A DNA stretch of 63,797 bases, filler included, from Octopus bimaculoides (GCF_001194135.2; 7 parts of 7 records of this genome joined end to end with filler, not necessarily neighbours in it), one strand, 5' to 3'; shown: positions 24,951 through 38,157, numbered from the whole stretch's first letter. Numbers and translations are program-made. The notes: generated from the sequence alone by a model not told the origin.

Positions 24951-25769
24951 TGTTTAGTGAAAGAAGAGAATCAATGTTTATGTGTTTTGCGATATAGAAA
25001 AAAAAAAAAAATATTAGAACAGAGAAATTGTCTGCTCGTTCATGGACTAAATTCTGTGCATAGAGATAAAGTTAATGTACAAAATTTCGAAAATTTTTTT
25101 TTAAAGCGCATTTTTATGCTACGCAACAATGTATATGTTTTTCTTCTCTGTGTATAAATTTACATGCAGGTGTGTATGGATGAAGTGTGTTGAAGTAAAG
25201 AGTTAAAGAAAAAATAAGACCGAATAAGTTGTATATTTCATATAAAACAAAGATTAGAGGTAAAGAACTCTGAACATTTGTTACGACATAATCCATTTTC
25301 TTAAAAAACCAAAATACTGAATATACTACAGCCAGATTGTTTTTTTTTTGTTTTTAAATCTGGGGTGTGAAATTTATTTCAGAAAGAAGGTTGTTCAGTT
25401 ACATGAATGGCTCACTCATTGAATTCAATTATAGTCTGAAGTGGAATTCTCGGCCACTTTCCAAGCTAACTAATTTAATAAGTTGGTAATTCATTTGACT
25501 GACTAATTAAATTACTATTAACATGATTCTCAGGTAGAATCAGTGTGATGGAATTGTCTTTTGAATTACAGATCCAGTCCTTCTGAGAGGCTTCTATATA
25601 GTTTCCACCCACCCAGTTTCACTCACAGGAATTGGGTTTGCCTGAAGCCATGCTAAAGACAATTAGCTAGGATGTCATGTTTTAATGACAGACAATCTGG
25701 GATATGTTTAGTTTTTCTTAATGCAGTATTTTGAATATTTACTGAGGTATGAAGAAAATAGATGTAAGT

Positions 25770-25955
25770 TCGATCCACATTGGTCTTGCATTTCGTCTGT
25801 TTTTACGTTCTGAGTTCAAATTCCACCGAGGTCGACTTTGCCTTTCATCCTTTCGGGGTCGATTAATTTAAGTACCAGTTGCGTACTGGGTCGATCTAAT
25901 CGACTGCCCCCCCCCCAAATTCCGGGCCTTGTGCCTTGAGTAGAAAAGAATATTA
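25770..25955 (+). mobile_element. High-copy tRNA-derived SINE (ggcgagctggcagaa family), head truncated
   Basis: gttctgagttcaaattcc (B-box-like), gtcgactttgcctttcatcctttcggggtcg core, ccttgtgcct..gtagaaaagaatatt tail. Confidence 0.8.
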
Positions 25956-26167
25956 AGCACTGTGCACAATAAGTCCATAAGTATATTCCTGCGCAGTTGG
26001 TGTAAGGGAGATAATTTAGAATATTTGCCCTTATTATTTCCCTTGGTTTGACAGTCTCTAAGCAAGACGTTGTTCTTGCTTTCATATATGCTGTATGAAA
26101 ATCATTATCGGAGTATATACTGTTTGGCTTTTTTGATGTACGTTGGTCCGAACATTTAATGCTGGCA

Positions 26168-26556
26168 GTGGAGGCGCAATGGCCTAGTGGTTAGGGCAGC
26201 GGACTCGTGGTCATAGGATTGCGGTTTCGATTCCCAGACCGGGCGTTGTGAGTGTTTATTGAGCGAAAACACCTAAAAAACTCCACGAGCCTCCGGCAGT
26301 GGATGGTGGCGAACCCTGCTGTACTCTTTCACCACAACTTTCTCTCACTCTTACTTACTGTTTCTGTTGTGCCTGTAATTCAAAGGGTCAACGTTGTCAT
26401 ACTGTGTCACGCTGAATATTCCCGAGAACTACGTTAAGGGTACACGTGTCTGTGGAGTGCTCAGCTACTTGCACGTTAATTTCACGAGCAGGCTGTTCCG
26501 TTGATCGGATCAACTGGAACCCTCGACGTCGTAAGCGACGGAGTGCCAACAACAAC
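26168..26556 (+). mobile_element. Full-length tRNA(Arg)-like SINE with TSD
   Basis: A box TGGCCTAGTGG, GACTCG anticodon arm, B box GGTTTCGATTCCC and (AAC)n tail. TSD AATG(C/T)TGGCA at 26158-26167 and 26557-26566. Confidence 0.85.
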
Positions 26557-27095
26557 AATGTTGGCAACAATAATTCCAGGCAGCTCTCAGGATGTAGTGA
26601 CCGAAGATGCTCAGGCACTCACTGAGATGGACACTTTTACAAATTTCCTGGACAATAAACGCTTGTGGTTGCTGATCGTATATGTTGTTCTGCGCTTCGT
26701 CTCTTTGACCAACTCTGTTTATCAATCAAGCACGGAACTATGTTGAGTGCTTGGTACCTGGCTATAAGCCAAACCCGTAGTAGTTCTTTGACAAAGAAGA
26801 ACCAGTAGACTTCCTCGTGGTGAAGAAAGTTGTCTAGTAGATACGGTTGAAATGTTAGAGAAAAGAACTTTTCCTTGGAGCCAAATACTCCTCAAAGCCT
26901 TTATATTCCATTTGAAGACAAAGAAGGAGAATGGAGAGGGAAGGAGGGATAGAGGCTTCTAGTTAAATTTTACAGGTGGAGTGAATCCTAGAATTCTCTA
27001 CTAAGTATCTAAGATAGCGCAAATAAACCGAAAAGAAGACTGAATATGAAAGGATACTGTTGCAATGTACAAGACAAAAGACTGCACCAGTACAG

Positions 27096-27472
27096 GCACT
27101 CCGTCGCTTACGACGTCGAGGGTTCCAGTTGATCCGATCAACGGAACAGCCTGCTCGTGAAATTAACATGCAAGTGGCTGAGCACTTCACAGACACGTGT
27201 ACCCTTCACGTGGTTCGCGGGGATATTGTGCGTGACACTGTGTGACAAGGCTGGCCCTTTGAAATACGGGTACAACAGAAACAGGAAGAAAGGGTGAGAG
27301 AAAGTTGTGGTGAATGAGTACAGCAGGGTTTGCCACCATCCCCTGTCAGAGCCTTATGGAGCTTTAGGTGTTTTCGCTCAATAAACACTCACAACGCCCG
27401 GTCTGGGAATCGAAACCGCGATCCTATGACCGCGATTCCGCTGCCCTAACCACTGGGCCATTGCGCCTCCAC
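27096..27472 (-). mobile_element. Full-length tRNA(Arg)-like SINE with TSD, inverted relative to 26168-26556
   Basis: Reverse-complement homology along its length. Perfect TSD ACCAGTACAG at 27086-27095 and 27473-27482. Confidence 0.85.
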
Positions 27473-27904
27473 ACCAGTACAGGAACGTAAAGTGAATAGA
27501 AGGTGACAGTTGGGTAAAGAGGTACTAAGGGATCCATGTGAAAAGATTGTGCAGAAGAAGACTTAGGAATATAAGGGAAGAATAAAGAAGGCTGAATCTC
27601 ATGAAGAAGGAAACTGATGATTTTAGCAAATGGCGAGAGAATGTCATCGAGTCCAACTCTTGCAAGTACGGAAAAACAGACAAAATGATGATGATGACGA
27701 CGTCGACGACGACAACGACGATGATGGTGTTAGATATTTATTATTACGTCTTTATTGTTATTATTGGTCTAACACGTTTATTCAATATAAATCGTCAACC
27801 TTATATTCTCTTGTAATTCACTGTTCCAATGAACTCGCGTAACTAATAAAAGAAATTAGTTTGTATCTTGAAATCACAGCATGTTCTTAATATTTTGGTC
27901 ATCT

Positions 27905-28305
27905 AAGGTTGCGAGCTGGCAGAAACGTTAGCACGCCGAGTGAAATGCTTAACGGCATTTCGTCTGTCTTTATGTTCTGAGTTCAAATTCCGCCGAGGTC
28001 GATTTTGCTTTTCATCCTCTCGGGGTCGATAAATTAAGTACNNNNNNNNNNCGGGCGTTGTGCCTTGAGTAGAAAAGAATATTTTGGCCATCTAAGGCGG
28101 CGAACTGACGGAATTGTTATCGCGCCGGGCAAGATGCTTTGTAGCATTTCGTCCGTCTTTAAGTTTTGAGTTCAAATTCCGCCGACGTCGACGGTGGCTT
28201 TTGTGGCTCGATAAAAAAAGTACCAGTTGAGAACTGGGGTTGATGTAATCGACTAACCCCCTCCCCCGGAATTTCTGGCATTGTGCCAAAATTTTAATGC
28301 AATAT
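27905..28305 (+). mobile_element. Two adjacent copies of the ggcgagctggcagaa SINE family
   Basis: Heads at ~27906 and ~28095, each followed by the family core and tail. Confidence 0.8.
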
Positions 28306-28419
28306 TTTAGACATATAAGGCGGCGAGCAACATGTTACAAAGGTATTACAAAAGTGATACAAAAAGATGTGGGGAATACATAGACAAAGATGTGGGACAA
28401 AGGCATGAGAATACATAGA

Positions 28420-30053
28420 CACTGGTCTGTATTTGGGAATTTATTTTATGTTTGTGATCTGGGTTGCTGATTTTAAATATCTAGGCCGTTTTGCTCTGTC
28501 ACGTAAGGATTTTCAATGAAATATAAATTAATGATAATAAAAAAAATGTGAATTTTTAATAAATTGCTACTTTTTTATTTCTTATTCTACTCTAGACACA
28601 AAGGCCGAAATTTTTGGGGAGGGGGCCAGTCGATTAGATCGACCCAGTACGCAGCTGCTACTTAATTTATCGACCTCGAAAACATAAAAGGCAAAGTCGA
28701 CCCCGGCGGAATTTGAACTCGAAACGTAAAGATAGCTATGCATTTCACCCGGCGTGCTAACGTTGCTGCCAGCTCGCCGCCTTAAATTGTTACTTTATTC
28801 AAATGAAGTAAGTAATCATGGAAAAAGCACATTCTGTTAGTTTCAAGAACATATGTATTCCAAATTAGCATGAGATGAATCATGTTCATCATCAATCATC
28901 AACATCAAATCAAATGAATCTAACAAAAATATGGTCCTAATGATTAGCCTACATATTGATTCAAAGGAAGGAATTCCGCTTGTGCTGTGCATCCGGACCA
29001 TTACAGTTCCGCCATCATAATGGCGGGGCAATAATCTACCATCATGCTGACATTCCATTTGCCCTGATATCGAGTTTCCATGGTGCAAATATCCTGATGG
29101 AAACGCTTTCCTTGTTCCTCTCTGGGAAAATTGTCAAGATGTGAGTACAAAAAGTACATCTTGACACTCATTCTATACGCAAGTTGTTGGAAACTTGAAA
29201 TCAGGTCTTGGATCATTTTTTAATATATTTTTTATAACGAAGAGCTTCCATTCATCTGTGTTCAATGAAGTCAGAAATATTTGAATAGAAAGCTAAAGAA
29301 TCCTGATTCTTAAAGAGCTGAGTGAATTCGGTGAATGCTGTTCCATGAGCTAGAAGCTTGTGTTCCTTCAGTCTAGAGCAAAGTAACTGTGCATTTTCTT
29401 TTGAAAGGTTAAGTTCTCTCACCAAGTCGTTGAGCTCAACTTGACTGAAGAGGTTGGGATTGTCATTTGTTGGTAGTTCATAGTCTACTTCTATCTCATT
29501 AGTATTACTACTATCAGACCCAGACGAAATTTCTCATGTCTCAAGTGGCACAGGTACAAGAATATCAGCTGAGTGTGGAACAGACCTGATTGCTGACGGA
29601 ATATTTGAGTATATTATGCGATTCGTAGTCTTCTTGTTGAGTCCAGCTTCTTTAGTCATACAGAAGTAGCAGTCATTATGTTGGTTTATCTGCTCTCACT
29701 ATATCATTAGTACTCCATAGGGTACATTTCAGTTTTCCAACTGACCACATTTGGAGCTTACTAATGAAACTCTTCTAAGCTTTGTGAGGGGCAAATCGCT
29801 TGTCTTGGTCTCCCAGTTTGTGGCCAAAATAAGCTAAATAGCAGCGCTTCAACACAAGAGTAATATTGTTCCGGGAATCTGAAGGGGTGATTTGCCCGCA
29901 GACAGCAAAATATGCCTGGTGAATTTATGCAGCCTGTAGACATATTCACAATCTAAAATCAACGAAAAATATATTAGATCTAACATTAAATGAATATAAG
30001 GTAAGCATTTTCATTGGTAATATACTTCATCATTGACTTATGTTATACAGTTG
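28420..30053 (-). mobile_element. Internally deleted Chapaev3-like (CMC) DNA transposon with nested SINE
   Basis: Minus-strand remnants GCINSPGIFC, AYFGHKLGDQDKRFAPH and YFLYSHLDNFP..EEQGKRFHQDICTMETRYQGKWNVSMMVDYC. CACTGG terminus at 28420. A SINE lies at ~28590-28785 (minus). Confidence 0.65.
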
Positions 30054-30074
30054 ACAGAACAATTCTGTAGAGGA

Positions 30075-30660
30075 GTAATCTTCCAAGGAATAAGTAATCT
30101 TGCAGGAAAAGTCCTAACAAGATTACTCCTCAACAGACTTGTTCTGTCCATCGCCGAAAATCATCTCTTAGAAAACCAATGTGGTTTCAGAGCCAACAGG
30201 GGTACAACAGATATGGTTTTCGTTCTCAGGTATCTCCAAGAAAAGTGCCGGGAGCAAAACAAAGCACTTTCCGCAACATTTGTCGATCTGACAAAAACGT
30301 TCGACACTGTGAGCAGAAAAGATCTGTGGCAGAAGTAAGCTTGAAAGGTCTGTGGCTGGAAGTAAGCTTGAAGAAGACTGTAGTCCTACACCAACCAGCT
30401 CCTCAGGAAGAGTATAGCCCGCCTCACATCACCATTGTCGAAACAGAACTGAAGTCGTTACAGAAGTTCACTTATCTTGGATGTATCATCTCATCAGATG
30501 CGAGTATCGACAAGGAAATTGACAACAGACTTACAAAGGTAAACAAAGCATTTGGTGGACTGCAACGTCTACAGGGATGACTGCTATAATCTCAGCCTCC
30601 TCGAACGTTTTCACCAATGCTGCCTCCGTACCATCCTCAACATTTATTAGAGCGACTACA
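30075..30660 (+). mobile_element. RTE LINE RT fragment with internal deletions
   Basis: NLAGKVLTRLLLNRL..ENQCGFRANRGTTDMVFVLRYLQEKCREQ..FVDLTKTFDTVSR, then EVSLKKTVVL..FTYLGCIISSDASIDKEIDNRL. Confidence 0.9.
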
Positions 30661-31258
30661 ATACTTGTGATTGAAAAAACATTTTGAATGGAGCTATTGA
30701 AAAAGTTTTTATTTTTTGCTAACAGTTAGCCTTAAATTTATTATTTGAGTTAATTTTTTAATTGCAGAGTAGCTAAACAAAGCTATTATTTTTAGTTGTT
30801 AAATCTTAATATATTTTTGAATTTTAACCATAGCTGCAACATGTTAAGTATAAATATGCTTGTCCTCTACTTTTCCAGGCGTAATAACCTGTCCTGTGCT
30901 TTTCCAGGTTTAATAACTTAAGAATATTAATCTCCATGTGTTCGCATTTTTCAATGTAATCCACTTTTTTTCCAGGCAATGCAATTAAACTAATAAATAG
31001 TGACAATAATTTATAACTTTACCTGATTAAAAAAATCTCATTTTATTTAATACTTTTGTTAAATAATTTTTCAATTATTTTTCATGTCTGATGATTGAAT
31101 TAAAATAAGAATAAGTATTAATCTAAATAAATAAATGCTGAATTATAAGATCACTTTAATTTCACTGGTTCATGAAAAAATCGAAATTATAACTAAGATT
31201 AGAAAATGAATGAATGTCGACCTTACGAATATTATTCAATCCCTTCCGTTGTTGAAAG

Positions 31259-31290
<32 letters not shown>

Positions 31291-31322
31291 CCATACGGAG
31301 CAAATAATTCAGGAGAAAATAC

Positions 31323-31683
31323 TTGCGAAGATATTGACTCTATTATTATCTAGTGTAACAATTAAAAATGATAATAACAGAATCAATAATATAGGCGATT
31401 GCAGGCTCAAAAAGCGTTAAATAGCTGAAGGATTAAAACTAATCAAAAGTCATACTAAGTATGTCTACCTGCTGGAAATAACAGTCAAAACTCTTATTTC
31501 AATCGTGATTTTTTTTTCGGCGATTTAAATAAGAGTTTTGACTGTTATTTCTAGCAGGTAGACATACTTAGTATGTCGTTATTTAATGCGTTTTTGGCCT
31601 GCAATCACCTATATTATTGATTCTGTTATTATCACTTTTAATTGTTACACTAGATAATAATGGAGTCAATAATAGCTTCGCAA
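31323..31683. repeat. Long inverted repeat (arms 31323-31505 and 31521-31683)
   Basis: The arms are reverse complements with a 15-nt spacer and one ~25-nt indel. A third partial copy lies at ~31945-32040. Confidence 0.85.
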
Positions 31684-33169
31684 ATAGTTCCTCCTGAATT
31701 ATTTGCTGTGTATTGAAATTATTTTCATACTGGTGGCTGCCATGTTTCGACATAAAACAAATCAGTTGCAGCGCAGACTTCAACATGACGGGTCGTGGTT
31801 TTCCATCATGGTAACGCGTGGTGAGGAAAGTGAAACTATAATGCCAGTCCAGAAACAGGTCCGAATACTTGAAATGTATGTTGAGAGATTGTCTTAGCCC
31901 GTTTTCCCGCAGACAGTTGACTTCTGTAGTATTTATCAGTGTTTTTTTTTTTCGGCGATTTAAGTAAGAGTTTTAGCTGTTATTTCCAGCTGGCAGACAT
32001 ACTTAGTATGTCCTTTGATTAATTTTAATCCTTCAGCTATATATATATATATATATATATATATNNNNNNNNNNNNNNNNNNNNNNNNNNNNNNNNNNNN
32101 NNNNNNNNNNNNNNNNNNNNNNNNNNNNNNNNNNNNNNNNNNNNNNNNNNNNNNNNNNNNNNNNNNNNNNNNNNNNNNNNNNNNNNNNNNNNNNNNNNNN
32201 NNNNNNNNNNNNNNNNNNNNNNNNNNNNNNNNNNNNNNNNNNNNNNNNNNNNNNNNNNNNNNNNNNNNNNNNNNNNNNNNNNNNNNNNNNNNNNNNNNNN
32301 NNNNNNNNNNNNNNNNNNNNNNNNNNNNNNNNNNNNNNNNNNNNNNNNNNNNNNNNNNNNNNNNNNNNNNNNNNNNNNNNNNNNNNNNNNNNNNNNNNNN
32401 NNNNNNNNNNNNNNNNNNNNNNNNNNNNNNNATATATATATATATATATATATATACATACATATATATATGCACGCGCGCGCGTGTGTTTTATGACTTT
32501 CGGTAGAATTAGAGACTAAGAGTTCCAATTGAAATGACGCTTATATACGTATACAAAACTATTAACTTTTCTTTTGTTTCCATAGCAACTATTTCTTTTT
32601 TTTCTCTAGTTTATTTCATTACCAACAAGACTCACATTTAAACTTGATTGACATGTTCCTGAGTTAATATTTCACAATAAAGAACAACGCAAACAAACAA
32701 ATCAAACTGGGCCTCAAAATTGAAATGAACGACACGAAGCGATATAGTGAAATAAGAACTAGGAAACATGCAATGCCGGTGCAGTTATTTTCAATTATCC
32801 CATCTTCATCCGGTAATCTGAACATAATATCAAGCTACTTCCCGTTAGTCTGAAATCTTTTCCAAGTTACCAGGAAGTAGAATGAAATCTATCTCGAATT
32901 ATCACCGAGACTAGTATGAACGTAACTTCATATTAACTCCTATGATTTCAAATTACACCGTCAAACTCTTTCCAATGTCTTCCGTCATCTTCTGGCTAAA
33001 AAGAGATCATTATTCATGAGTCATAATAATATTATCAGTACTGGAATATATTTAATGTACTAAATCCTTACCACAAATTTCTAACCTCGTGCCTATGTTT
33101 TTTAACATAATAAATTATTATGTTTTTAACATAATAAATATGTTAAAAACTATTTATAATAATAATAAT

Positions 33170-33373
33170 GGTTTCAAATTTTAGCACAAAGCCAGCAAGT
33201 TTGAGGGTGGGATAAGTCGATTGCATTAGTCGATTCAACTGGCACTTATTTTATGACTCCGAAAGGATGAAAAGTAGTCTACCTCGGAGGAATTTGAACT
33301 CAGAACGGAAAATCGGACTAAATACCGCTGAGCATTTTACCCGACATGCAAATGATTCTGCCAGTTCGCTGCC

Positions 33374-33375
<2 letters not shown>
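33170..33375 (-). mobile_element. ggcgagctggcagaa-family SINE, followed by (AAT)n at 33376-33468
   Basis: Reverse-complement family core and head. Confidence 0.75.
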
Positions 33376-33466
<91 letters not shown>

Positions 33467-33599
33467 GATAATATTAGGACTGCTATTATCTATAAAAAAA
33501 TAAAGTAGACTGACATGAAATTTTGAAGCCGTTGAAGGTACACGAAATACCGAAATATCGTTCAGCAAATTTAATTATGGCACTCTTCTTCTTTATTTA

Positions 33600-33988
33600 C
33601 ATAATCATAGCTGGGACCTATATACACTGGAAGCTATGCCAACATTATGGAATAGCAACAGAAAAAAGATGGTATAAACACACGCCAGAAAAGGTCACAG
33701 AAAACGAGAAAGCAACCATACTCTGGGATATGCCAATACACACAGATAGAGAAATTAAGGCAAATAGACCAGATATAGTTGTCAAAGATCATGAAGGAAA
33801 AAAATGCCTTCTAATTGATGTTTCAATACCAGCAGATGACAACGTTTCTCTAAAAGAAATGGAAAAACTTTCAAAATACAAAGACCTGGAAATAGAGATA
33901 ACTCGAATGTGGAATCTAAAAACAGAAACAATTCCTATCATAGTAGGTGCCTTAGGTATAATAAAAAAATATTCAGACAAATACATAA
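33600..33988 (+). mobile_element. R4/Dong-clade non-LTR element, restriction-like endonuclease fragment
   Basis: GTYIHWKLCQHYG..KRWYKHTPEKVTENEKATILWDMPIHTDREIKANRPDIVV..LLIDVSIP..KLSKYKDL..PIIVGALG, i.e. RPD..D..K motifs of an RLE domain. Ends at an assembly join. Confidence 0.85.
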
Positions 33989-34088
33989 NNNNNNNNNNNN
34001 NNNNNNNNNNNNNNNNNNNNNNNNNNNNNNNNTTAATTAATTAANNNNNNNNNNNNNNNNNNNNNNNNNNNNNNNNNNNNNNNNNNNN

Positions 34089-34137
<49 letters not shown>

Positions 34138-37100
34138 CCATCCTTATATATCTCGTATAAGATGGTTCAAGGAGCTTATATTTTCCAGTAATTTTTCCAT
34201 GTACAAAGTTGCAGCCGTCTGCATGTGATTGTGAATATGTCTACAGAAAACGTTTACAGATTTAACACATTTATTGTTTTTGCTATTTAAAGATTGTTTA
34301 TGGTTGTACAAATGAAAAGAAGTATTCAATATGTTAAGTCAGTGTGTACATTATTATTTGAAGTAGAGGCTTATATATATAATATATATTTACACACACA
34401 CAGTTCGAATCGGTTTCTTAGATGTTTTGACTTTAATGAATTTTGCAAAAGTTGAATTTCTTATTAATTTTCCCACAAATTAGACAAGTGCTTAGACGAG
34501 CCACTCAATTTTGTGTGCTCGTTTGTTTCTTATTTTAAGATTCCAATCCAATTAAAAATAAATTTCAGTCGCTTGATATTGATTGATTTTAAGGTGTTTT
34601 CAATTGTGATACTTCGATTTCATTTTCACCTGACGTTTTTTTTTTTTTTTGGTAAATATTTACCTTTCTCCCTGTTTATCTATCAATGTCTCCAGTTAAC
34701 CTGCAACACCCACGTATATTTTATTAAATAAATATTACTTGTTTGAACTAAACTCTGCAGCTCTCTAAACAAATTGATTGAATTTGCTTATATTTAGTCT
34801 TAACATTTTTCGAATATTGCTTAGGTATGTTATCTAGGTGGAGGAATTCTCTTTAAAATATGTCTTTCTTCACATGCTTTGTAAATATTGTTTTCTCCAC
34901 CCCACCCCCTCACTGCTCTCAAAGACATGTTTGACACATTCACNNNNNNNNNNNNNNNNNNNNNNNNNNNNNNNNNNNNNNNNNNNNNNNNNNNNNNNNN
35001 NNNNNNNNNNNNNNNNNNNNNNNNNNNNNNNNNNNNNNNNNNNNNNNNNNNNNNNNNNNNNNNNNNNNNNNNNNNNNNNNNNNNNNNNNNNNNNNNNNNN
35101 NNNNNNNNNNNNNNNNNNNNNNNNNNNNNNNNNNNNNNNNNNNNNNNNNNNNNNNNNNNNNNNNNNNNNNNNNNNNNNNNNNNNNNNNNNNNNNNNNNNN
35201 NNNNNNNNNNNNNNNNNNNNNNNNNNNNNNNNNNNNNNNNNNNNNNNNNNNNNNNNNNNNNNNNNNNNNNNNNNNNNNNNNNNNATATATATATATATAT
35301 ATAAACAATATATGAGTATATGCATATATATGTACATGTATGTACATACCTTCATCTACATGCACATATAGATACATATCTAGGTACATGACGTTACAAA
35401 AGAACATGGACAAAATGATAAACAAGGTACAACAAAGAAGCAGGCCACATAGAGAACATATCCTTCATCAGCTGCCACCATTATATATATAAAGAGAGAG
35501 AGAGATGGTGTTACATTGAAGTGCAATATTTTGCTCACAGACACCCTCTAAAAAGAGAATTGTTAATTTTAGCTTTTACTGATGAAAATGTATTTCATGT
35601 TATGGTAAAGTTAAGAGGTCGTTCACATTACCCACTGTTAGATCAGTTTTTTAAAAAAAATTACCTTGAAAAATATTTTGTATATGTTAAATTTTAACGT
35701 AGTAGACATAGGATGTAATAGTTTACAGAAAAATTGTTGCTCCTTCAGTTCGTTTTTCCTTTTGTTGCATCATGTCTGTCTTGATATTAATGGTTGATGG
35801 ATATGATATAATAGGAAAAGAGAAGCTTGAAACTTCTTTTTTGCTATTGGTAGTAATGTTAGGCTTTTCCTAAACCTGGCAACTGAGAAAGAAATCCATA
35901 ATTCCATTGACTTCCAGAATGCATTATAACAATAATTAAATCACTCATCAAGTGATAGATTTTTATTATGTTGACAGGGCACTTGTCTTGTTTTGAGCAC
36001 GTGGGAGTCTCTAATGTTTTTACTCAACCAGCTAGGAATAGAAGTCAAATCTTTCTTGTATCACATCCTACCGCCTTAAAAAGGGAAGGATGGATCTGAA
36101 AGAAAACACTGTTTAGACAGAATGCCAGTGGCTGGAGCACTTGATTATAGGTCTATGGTCAAGGATAACCTGTAGCTAAAACAACACTGAACAGCTTATT
36201 TTCCAGCTGAGGAAACTTTTTCTTAAATGGTAATAACTAAGTCCCTTTGACTGGATGCTAACCTACATTGCAGGTAACTTTCACATATATGATCTGGTAA
36301 TCTATTGCTCCAAATAGTAAAGTGAACTAAGGTCTGTAGATTTAAGTGTTCTTCAGATCACAGATCATAACACAAATCATATCTGTTAAAAAAGCTTCAT
36401 GGAACCTCTGAAACATTTGTGGATTTTGTCTGCAACAGTAAACCATAATCCATATATATATATATGAGTGTTTGATCTTTGTTAGAAATGGCTGTACTTA
36501 TATCCTTTGCAGATACTTTTCAAATGCATAAGGTTCTTGCTGCTTAGGTCTTACTTCCAGTTTTAGCTACATGGTTAAGATGTTGGCTTTGCAATTGTTC
36601 CCACTATGCAATACTTCAGCATTTTCTAATATAACCTCAGGTTAGCAAAAACTTTGTGAATGAAATTTAATTGGTGGAAATTGTGTAGACAAACCCTTAG
36701 GACTTTCCTGTTCTTGGGTGTAAAACTCAATTTGTCCCTCAGTTTAAAACCACCATTTTGACTTCAGGGACTTTTATAGTAGTCTATTCTATTGCAAATA
36801 TTCAAACCAAGTCTTTGGTCTGAAGATAACTTCTTCCTTCACACCACTTTTGGAGACCCTGTTAAGAGTCGTGGGCTTTTTTTTTCTTCTTCCTTTGGCT
36901 CGACTATAGAACCCCCCCCCCCCAAAAAAAAAACTCCTCATAAGGCAGATCAAAGATATTTTAACAAGACACCATCTTGCCATTTATGTAGACATAATGT
37001 ATCTACCATTGTCCTTTTTTTAATAACAGGTTGTGATTTGAAGGAGAATTGACTAATATTTCTAGCAAGTTTGAGTGATCACATTAGAGGTGCCCTTAGC

Positions 37101-37674
37101 TCAATGTTGATTTTGGTACTCATCTTGAATTTCTATAGGAGATACCTGCAGGGAAAAGCTGGGAGTTGCAGTGTTTTGCAGTTTCTGCAAAGTGCATTGA
37201 ACCAGAGGGTTTAGCAAGAGGATTTCATGATGTGAGATGCAGATTAAAGAGAAAGAGAGAAAGACAGAGAGGAGAGAGGTTTCTAACTTGCTTGTTCAGT
37301 TACATGGCATTGAATAAACTATAATGTCTGATTAAAAAAAGAAAAATACATCTTTTAAACAGAAATACTTGTATAATGAGTCGCTCTTTTGTTACTATTT
37401 AAACAAATCTGTTAAAATATCTTATTGATTCTGTGGCGGCTTTAGGACCAAACTTTATTCTGAATAAACCTATTGAAACAACCAGCAAACAAGTGGAGTT
37501 GTTATGTGCTTGCTCAACCTGGCAGAAATAGCAGACAGTATACTCCCAAATTACTACACTACCATCTTAAAAGGGAAGGATATACAAAATAATGTTATTT
37601 TTAACACTCTTCATCTGAGAAAAAGAAAAAGAAAGATGGGATAATTATGGATAAATCACCTTTGATTTTAGATA

Positions 37675-38157
37675 TACCGTAAATCCCTGAGTATAGTCCG
37701 TCCTTGAGTATAATACACGGGATTTTTAGGGGGCTGTACCGATGAAAAACCTAAACCTTGTGTATAATACGCACCCCTTCTCTAACTTGAGTCAAGGAGG
37801 TCTATATAACGTCCTTGGTTTGTAAACATATATCTGGTAACGTCCTTTATTATTATTGTATATATAGCATAAAGCAAACGTGTAGCTTTTTTGTGCACTT
37901 TGAAATATAGAAATAACAGTAATAACGTCAGTGAAAAATAAATATTAAATATATTGCCTTTACATATTTATCGCTATCAGTTATAAGCCCGACATCACAA
38001 AATGCGCCTGAATAAACATTGCCGGACAGCAAATAGAGACTTGGACATTGCTTAGAAAATATTTTTCATTTTTAACCTTGTATATAGTACGCACTAGGGA
38101 TTTTGACCTTTAAATTTTTGGGGAAAAAATGCGGATTATACTCGAGGATTTATGGTA
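37675..38157. mobile_element. Tc1/mariner-superfamily (pogo/Tigger-like) MITE
   Basis: TIRs TACCGTAAATCCCTGAGTATAGTCCG and (reverse complement) TACCATAAATCCTCGAGTATAATCCG, with TA termini. No ORF. Confidence 0.75.

Noticed and set aside
26168-26245. Functional tRNA-Arg gene
   Set aside because: The acceptor stem is incomplete, and the sequence continues into a SINE body with tail and TSD.
25960-26990. Coding-looking minus-strand sequence interrupted by the Arg-SINE
   Set aside because: It has stops in all frames and no recognisable motif. It is probably an old TE or pseudogene but cannot be assigned.
35440-35480. Second hammerhead candidate (CTGATGA on minus)
   Set aside because: No GAAA core or stem II/III at a compatible distance.
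36571-36640. MVKMLALQLF... phase-1 exon as a candidate STC signal-peptide exon
   Set aside because: The sequence is a degenerate CORE-like SINE and the peptide is poorly hydrophobic.
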